Shown here: positions 32,614 to 36,586 of the stretch, piece after piece
Layout of the letters: each line of letters opens with the position of its first letter
Numbering within the stretch: position 1 is the first letter of the stretch
Program-made: the position numbers and the translations under genes
The notes under the pieces: generated by a model
What the model was told of the DNA's origin: nothing
Database searches by the model: none
The model's input: the letters and a program-made list of their open reading frames with translations, nothing else
NCBI GenBank assembly: GCA_002838935.1
Contig: PGXE01000007.1
Location: 5,673 to 42,258 of the forward strand
From: Thermoplasmata archaeon HGW-Thermoplasmata-1
GTDB taxonomy: Archaea > Thermoplasmatota > E2 > GCA-002838935
Direction of reading: 5' to 3'
Length of the DNA: 36,586 nt

Positions 32614-32789
32614 GCAATCGGCGTCATGATTATATAGCGCCGCACCCCAAATATGACCTCGTTTTGCATAGCGCGTTTCGTGTCGCAATCGCCGTCATGA
32701 TTATATAGCGCCGCACCCCAGATATGACCTCGTTTTGCATAGCGCGTTTCGTGTCGCAATCGGCGTCATGATTATATAGCGCCGCACCC
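32614..32789 (+). repeat. 2.5 tandem copies of a 71-bp unit, each containing a TATA-box-like ATTATATAG
   Basis: Unit GCAATCGGCGTCATGATTATATAGCGCCGCACCCCAAATATGACCTCGTTTTGCATAGCGCGTTTCGTGTC starts at 32614. A second copy at 32685 has 2 mismatches. A third copy at 32756 covers the first 34 nt. Confidence 0.9.
32772..32778 (+). promoter_or_regulatory. Putative TATA box (TTATATA) of the SCP2 gene, in the last repeat copy
   Basis: Centre lies ~34 nt upstream of the ATG at 32809, which implies a very short leader. Confidence 0.4.
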
Positions 32790-32808
32790 ATTATTGCATT
32801 GTGGGCGA

Positions 32809-33147
32809 ATGGGCGAAATAGCGTCACCGAAGGAGTTCTTCGAAAGCGTAATGCCAAGCAGGTTCGATGCGGAGAAAGCTGCAGGCATCGACTGCATAAT
32901 CCAGATGAGCATTACCGGACCGAACGGCGGGGAATGGCAGATAAACGTCAAGGATCAGAAGATGAACGTCTCCGCCGGAGTCAATCCGTCCCCGACGATA
33001 ACGGTGACGATGAGCGACGAGGATTTCCTGAAAATGGTCAACGGAACACTGGGGACGATGGCCGCATTCTTTACAGGTAAACTCAAGTTCAAGGGCGACA
33101 TGGCTACCGCGCTCAAGCTGCAGAAGATAGGGATTTTCAACTTTTAG
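32809..33147 (+). CDS. SCP2 sterol-carrier-like domain protein
   Basis: PKEFFESVMPSRFDAEKAAGIDCIIQMSITGPNGGEWQINVKDQKMNVSAG...VTMSDEDFLKMVNGTLGTMAAFFTGKLKFKGDMATALKL is the characteristic SCP2 pattern. Confidence 0.75.
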   Translation: MGEIASPKEFFESVMPSRFDAEKAAGIDCIIQMSITGPNGGEWQINVKDQKMNVSAGVNPSPTITVTMSDEDFLKMVNGTLGTMAAFFTGKLKFKGDMATALKLQKIGIFNF

Positions 33148-33177
33148 TTAGTGTATTTGATATAATTATTCTTTCGC

Positions 33178-34050
33178 TTAGTTCATCTTCATCTTTACGA
33201 GCCCGTCCCTGCCGAAGGAAAGATGGCTGCCGAAAAGACTGCGTATGCTGGAGGCCTCGCTTTGCGGATGTGCGTCCGGATTTATGAGAAACAGCGCCGT
33301 TATCGTTCGGTCGGCCAAGCGCTCGAGCGCGGACTTTACGAAAGCGTATGCGGTTTTTATCCCGTCGGATATTATGAGGTCTGTAAGGTTGTCGTATATC
33401 ATCGCCACGCTCTTTCCGGCGTGCTGTTCGAGTATCGGGGAGAGCATCAACTGCGCTCCGGCTTCTATAGTCTGGATGCGTTCCTCGCACTTTGCCACCG
33501 CGTATAGATTGCTCGACGGGTTGGTGATTACGACTACTTCGTCCCCGTTCTCCATAAATTCGATTACGAAGTCCCTCAGGCACATCTCGTATGGCGCCGC
33601 CGGATCGAATCCCAGCAGGATTTTTCTGCCCGAAACCTGCTGATGGCTGAGCGCGAGCGCCGCCGAAAACTTGATTTTCCTTACAATCGCCAGATGCTTT
33701 TCAACCTCCCCTTTGAGTATGTCGATTGTGAACGGCTTTACGATGTAGCCGTTTGCGCCCGCGTCCTTTCCCATCTTCTTGTCGGTGTCGCGCCCGAGCG
33801 CCGAGAAAAGCACTATCGGGATGAATCTTGTCTTGGAGTCCTGCTTGAGAATCCTGCATACGTCAAAACCGTTCTTTCCCGGAAGAATTATGTCGAGAAG
33901 GACAAGGTCGGGAAGTTCGGAGTTCGCCTTTGCCAGCGCATCGTCGCCGTCCGGCGCGGTGACGACCTCGTATCCTTCCCCCTCAAGCATTATCTTTGCG
34001 AGATTGAGGATATCATCCTCGTCGTCCACCACCAGAATTTTTCCCTTCAT
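33178..34050 (-). CDS. Response regulator: receiver domain + degenerate RecA/KaiC-like C-terminal domain
   Basis: REC motifs are present (ILVVDDEDD, phospho-acceptor LVLLDIILPG, SALG, KPF). The C-terminal 160 aa follow the RecA/KaiC strand order (ILLGFDPAAPYE...GDEVVVIT...AMIYDNLTDLI...ITALFLIN...) without a Walker A GKT. The start overlaps the kinase stop (ATGA). Confidence 0.65.
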   Translation of the reverse strand: MKGKILVVDDEDDILNLAKIMLEGEGYEVVTAPDGDDALAKANSELPDLVLLDIILPGKNGFDVCRILKQDSKTRFIPIVLFSALGRDTDKKMGKDAGANGYIVKPFTIDILKGEVEKHLAIVRKIKFSAALALSHQQVSGRKILLGFDPAAPYEMCLRDFVIEFMENGDEVVVITNPSSNLYAVAKCEERIQTIEAGAQLMLSPILEQHAGKSVAMIYDNLTDLIISDGIKTAYAFVKSALERLADRTITALFLINPDAHPQSEASSIRSLFGSHLSFGRDGLVKMKMN

Positions 34051-36586
34051 CCTTTACCACCATCCTCTAAGCGCTTATCTCTATTTCCCCCTTCTTGCTT
34101 TCCCTTCCCTTCTGCGTTTTTCGCCCCCCCCCCAAGCGAAATTTTGGGGATGCTCACCGTAAACGTCGCCCCTTTTCCTTCGCCTTCGGATTCCGCTTTG
34201 ATTGTCCCGCCGTGCGCCTCGACTATGCCCTTGGCGACGCTCAATCCGAGTCCCGTTCCCTTGATATAGGTCGCTTTCTTGACGTCTGCAAACGGCTCAA
34301 ATATCCTTGTCAAATCCTCCTTGCGGATTCCCATTCCGGTATCCGATATCGATACCCTGACGTCACCTCCTGCCTCTTCGGCGCGCATGGCTATTGTCCC
34401 GCTTTCCGGGGTGAACTTGGATGCGTTGTTGAGTATGTTCATGAACACCTGCTCCAGGCGCGCACCGTCGCCGTTGACGCTGAGCGGGCGCTCAGGTATT
34501 TCCAGATTCAGTTTCTGCTTTTTGTCTTCAACAAGCGGCTTGATTTCGCCGGCGCAGTGATTGATGGCGTCCCTCAGGTCTATCGGCTGCATTTCTATCG
34601 TCAGCCTTCCAGATTCGATGCGCTGCACGTCAAGCAGGTCCTCGACGAGCCGGAGCAGGCGGTCGGTGTTCCTCGCCGCAACATCAAGCAGGTCCCTTAT
34701 CTTCTGGGGAACGTCGCCAGCCTTGCCGGAAAGCACCAAGTCCGTATATCCTTTCACCGACACTAACGGAGTGCGGAGTTCGTGCGTCGCTACGGATACG
34801 AACCGCGTCTTGAGTTCGCTCAGGCGCTTCGCGGCTTCCAACTGCGCCTGCACCTTCTCCGCCTTCTTGCGCTCGGTTATGTCCATCACGATTCCCTGAT
34901 AGTGTATTATCCTGCCTGCCGGGTCGCGCCTGACAAACATCCTGTCCTCCACCCACCGCGTTTCCCCGGTCTTCGTGAGCAGGCGGTATTTCTGGGTGAA
35001 TTCTTTGAGGTGCTGCTTAGTATAATCCGAAATCTCCGCGGCGACCCGTTTCGTGTCGTCCGGGTGGATTCTCTTCTCATACTGCCGATTCGCCATACCC
35101 TGCGTGGAGTAGCCGAACTGGCGTATGCTGTCTGAAACGTATTCCACGGGCCGTCCTTCCTCATTGCGCCATAGGAACACGACGACAGGGCTGCGGTTGA
35201 TTATGTTCTCCATCTCCTCCCTTCTTGCCAGCGCCTCTATCAGGACTTTCTCGGCAATCTTTTTCTCGGTGACGTCCCTTATAATCGTCTGTACCGCCGG
35301 CCTGCCGCGATGGGTGGTCAGCACCGAAGAAACATCTACGTCGATAACGATTCCGTCAAGGCGCACGTACTTTTCCTCGATTGGAGATACTTTCTGCCCA
35401 TTCTCGATGATTGCCTTAACCCGCTGCCCCACCTTGTCCCGGTAGTCCGGATGAACGACGTCCATTATCGGCTTTCCAATAATGTCCTCAGGGACTTTTG
35501 CGCCGATGAGTTTCACTCCGGCGGAGTTGACGAATACAAACTTTCCGTCCTGATGCACCGCGACGGCGTCCGGCGAAAGTTCCACCAGTTGGCGATATCT
35601 TTCCTCGCTCGCCTTGATTGCTTCCTCCGCCTTCTTGCGTTCCGTCAGGTCGTGGACGACGACCTGCCCTCCCATCAGTTTTCCATTCACTATCGACGGC
35701 ATCGCATTTATCTCAACCACTGCTGGCGTGCCGTCTTTCCTGACGAGAGACATCTCCATGCCTTTTGTCTCCCCGCCCCCCATCGCTGCAGCGAGTGTTT
35801 CTTCGACTATCTTGGATGGCTCGGAGATTCCAAGATCCTGCATCATATCGACAATGTTTCTCCCGACGACTTCTTCCGATTTATACCCCGACATCTTCTC
35901 TATGGAAGGGGAAACATAGGTGACCTTCAGGCTCTCGTCCACGGTAAATATCAGGTCGAAACTGTTCTCCGCAATCGCCCTGAATCTCTCCTCGCTGTGC
36001 CTCAGTTCTTCTTCCATCTTCTTGCGCTCGGTGACATCACGCATCGTGGCCTGGATTCCCTTGAACTTCCCGTTGACAAACACTGGCGCGACGTTCACCT
36101 CGGTCTGGAGCGGAGTGCCGTCTTTCTTGGTCATTGGAATCTCAAGGCCTTCGATTGCGGTTCCTTCGGCAAGACTGCTCATATATTCCTTGAACATTTT
36201 CTCCGCATCCGGGATTTTCAGGTCGCCCATCACCGCAATTCCGCTCTTTCCGACGAATTCTTCCGGCTTGAATCCCCTAATCCTTTCCACGGACGGGGAG
36301 ACGTATGTCACTATTCCATTCTCGTCTATCGTGGCTATGATGTCGAAGCTGTTCTCCGCCAGTTTTCTGAACTTTTCCTCGCTGCGCATGGCTTCGGATG
36401 CTTCTGATATGATGCTCCGCACCTTTTCCACCAGAAAGTCGTCGGCGGGAAGCGGCTTCGTTATGTAGCCGTCAGCCCCCGCCTCCTTCGCCATTTTCTT
36501 GTCGCTTTCCCTTCCAAGGGCGGAGAACATCACCACCGGGATGGCTTTTGTCTTTGGGTTGGATTTTATCTCTCTGCATGCCGCGA
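34047..36586 (-). CDS. Hybrid sensor histidine kinase: REC (partial) - 4 PAS - HisKA - HATPase_c; 5' end outside window
   Basis: The frame stays open to the window edge (AACREIKSNPKTKAIPVVMFSALGRESDKKMAKEAGADGYITKP, the end of a receiver domain). Four PAS-like modules (EEKFRKLAENSFD..., SEERFRAIAENSFD..., SEERYRQLVELSPD..., MENIINRSPVVVFLW...). H-box SVATHELRTPL. N/G boxes (NILNNASKF, DTGMGI, GTGLGLS). Confidence 0.85.
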   Translation of the reverse strand, partial: AACREIKSNPKTKAIPVVMFSALGRESDKKMAKEAGADGYITKPLPADDFLVEKVRSIISEASEAMRSEEKFRKLAENSFDIIATIDENGIVTYVSPSVERIRGFKPEEFVGKSGIAVMGDLKIPDAEKMFKEYMSSLAEGTAIEGLEIPMTKKDGTPLQTEVNVAPVFVNGKFKGIQATMRDVTERKKMEEELRHSEERFRAIAENSFDLIFTVDESLKVTYVSPSIEKMSGYKSEEVVGRNIVDMMQDLGISEPSKIVEETLAAAMGGGETKGMEMSLVRKDGTPAVVEINAMPSIVNGKLMGGQVVVHDLTERKKAEEAIKASEERYRQLVELSPDAVAVHQDGKFVFVNSAGVKLIGAKVPEDIIGKPIMDVVHPDYRDKVGQRVKAIIENGQKVSPIEEKYVRLDGIVIDVDVSSVLTTHRGRPAVQTIIRDVTEKKIAEKVLIEALARREEMENIINRSPVVVFLWRNEEGRPVEYVSDSIRQFGYSTQGMANRQYEKRIHPDDTKRVAAEISDYTKQHLKEFTQKYRLLTKTGETRWVEDRMFVRRDPAGRIIHYQGIVMDITERKKAEKVQAQLEAAKRLSELKTRFVSVATHELRTPLVSVKGYTDLVLSGKAGDVPQKIRDLLDVAARNTDRLLRLVEDLLDVQRIESGRLTIEMQPIDLRDAINHCAGEIKPLVEDKKQKLNLEIPERPLSVNGDGARLEQVFMNILNNASKFTPESGTIAMRAEEAGGDVRVSISDTGMGIRKEDLTRIFEPFADVKKATYIKGTGLGLSVAKGIVEAHGGTIKAESEGEGKGATFTVSIPKISLGGGAKNAEGKGKQEGGNRDKRLEDGGKG

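Overview
Archaeal chromosomal segment. Markers are glycerol-1-phosphate dehydrogenase, UPF0179, archaeosortase A with a PGF-CTERM substrate, and TATA-box/short-leader gene starts. It is probably a euryarchaeote, but the lineage cannot be fixed from sequence alone. All family names are recognised from motifs and memory; nothing was searched. I call about 38 genes. Housekeeping genes: long FKBP-type PPIase, egsA, tmk, purS-purL-purQ, tRNA-Thr(GGU), tRNA(CAU) and an SCP2 protein. A cell-envelope block holds five signal-peptide surface proteins, four with a C-terminal TM plus basic-tail anchor, including a 742-aa beta-propeller PGF-CTERM protein and a ~1513-aa giant. That block also contains artA, translationally coupled to an archaetidylserine-decarboxylase homologue. 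A HEPN/MNT toxin-antitoxin pair sits between the two largest surface genes. A REC-PAS4-histidine kinase (5' partial) and a response regulator lie at the right edge. The most unusual signal is a six-unit tandem array of hairpins with compensatory stem changes at 1660-2035, which matches no element class I know. Other points: three separate intergenic tandem duplications that carry terminator- or TATA-like elements; a metallothionein-like Cys-rich extension on a DUF63-like membrane protein; a membrane-tethered zinc-ribbon protein with a duplicated CCCH module next to artA; a response regulator with a degenerate RecA/KaiC-like output domain; an interrupted copy of the tRNA-Thr 3' end. At two G5 runs, one extra G would restore a longer conserved reading frame (purL N-terminus, small ORF pair), so homopolymer error is possible. 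Many long antisense or alternative-frame ORFs in the track are by-products of GC-rich coding sequence and are not called.
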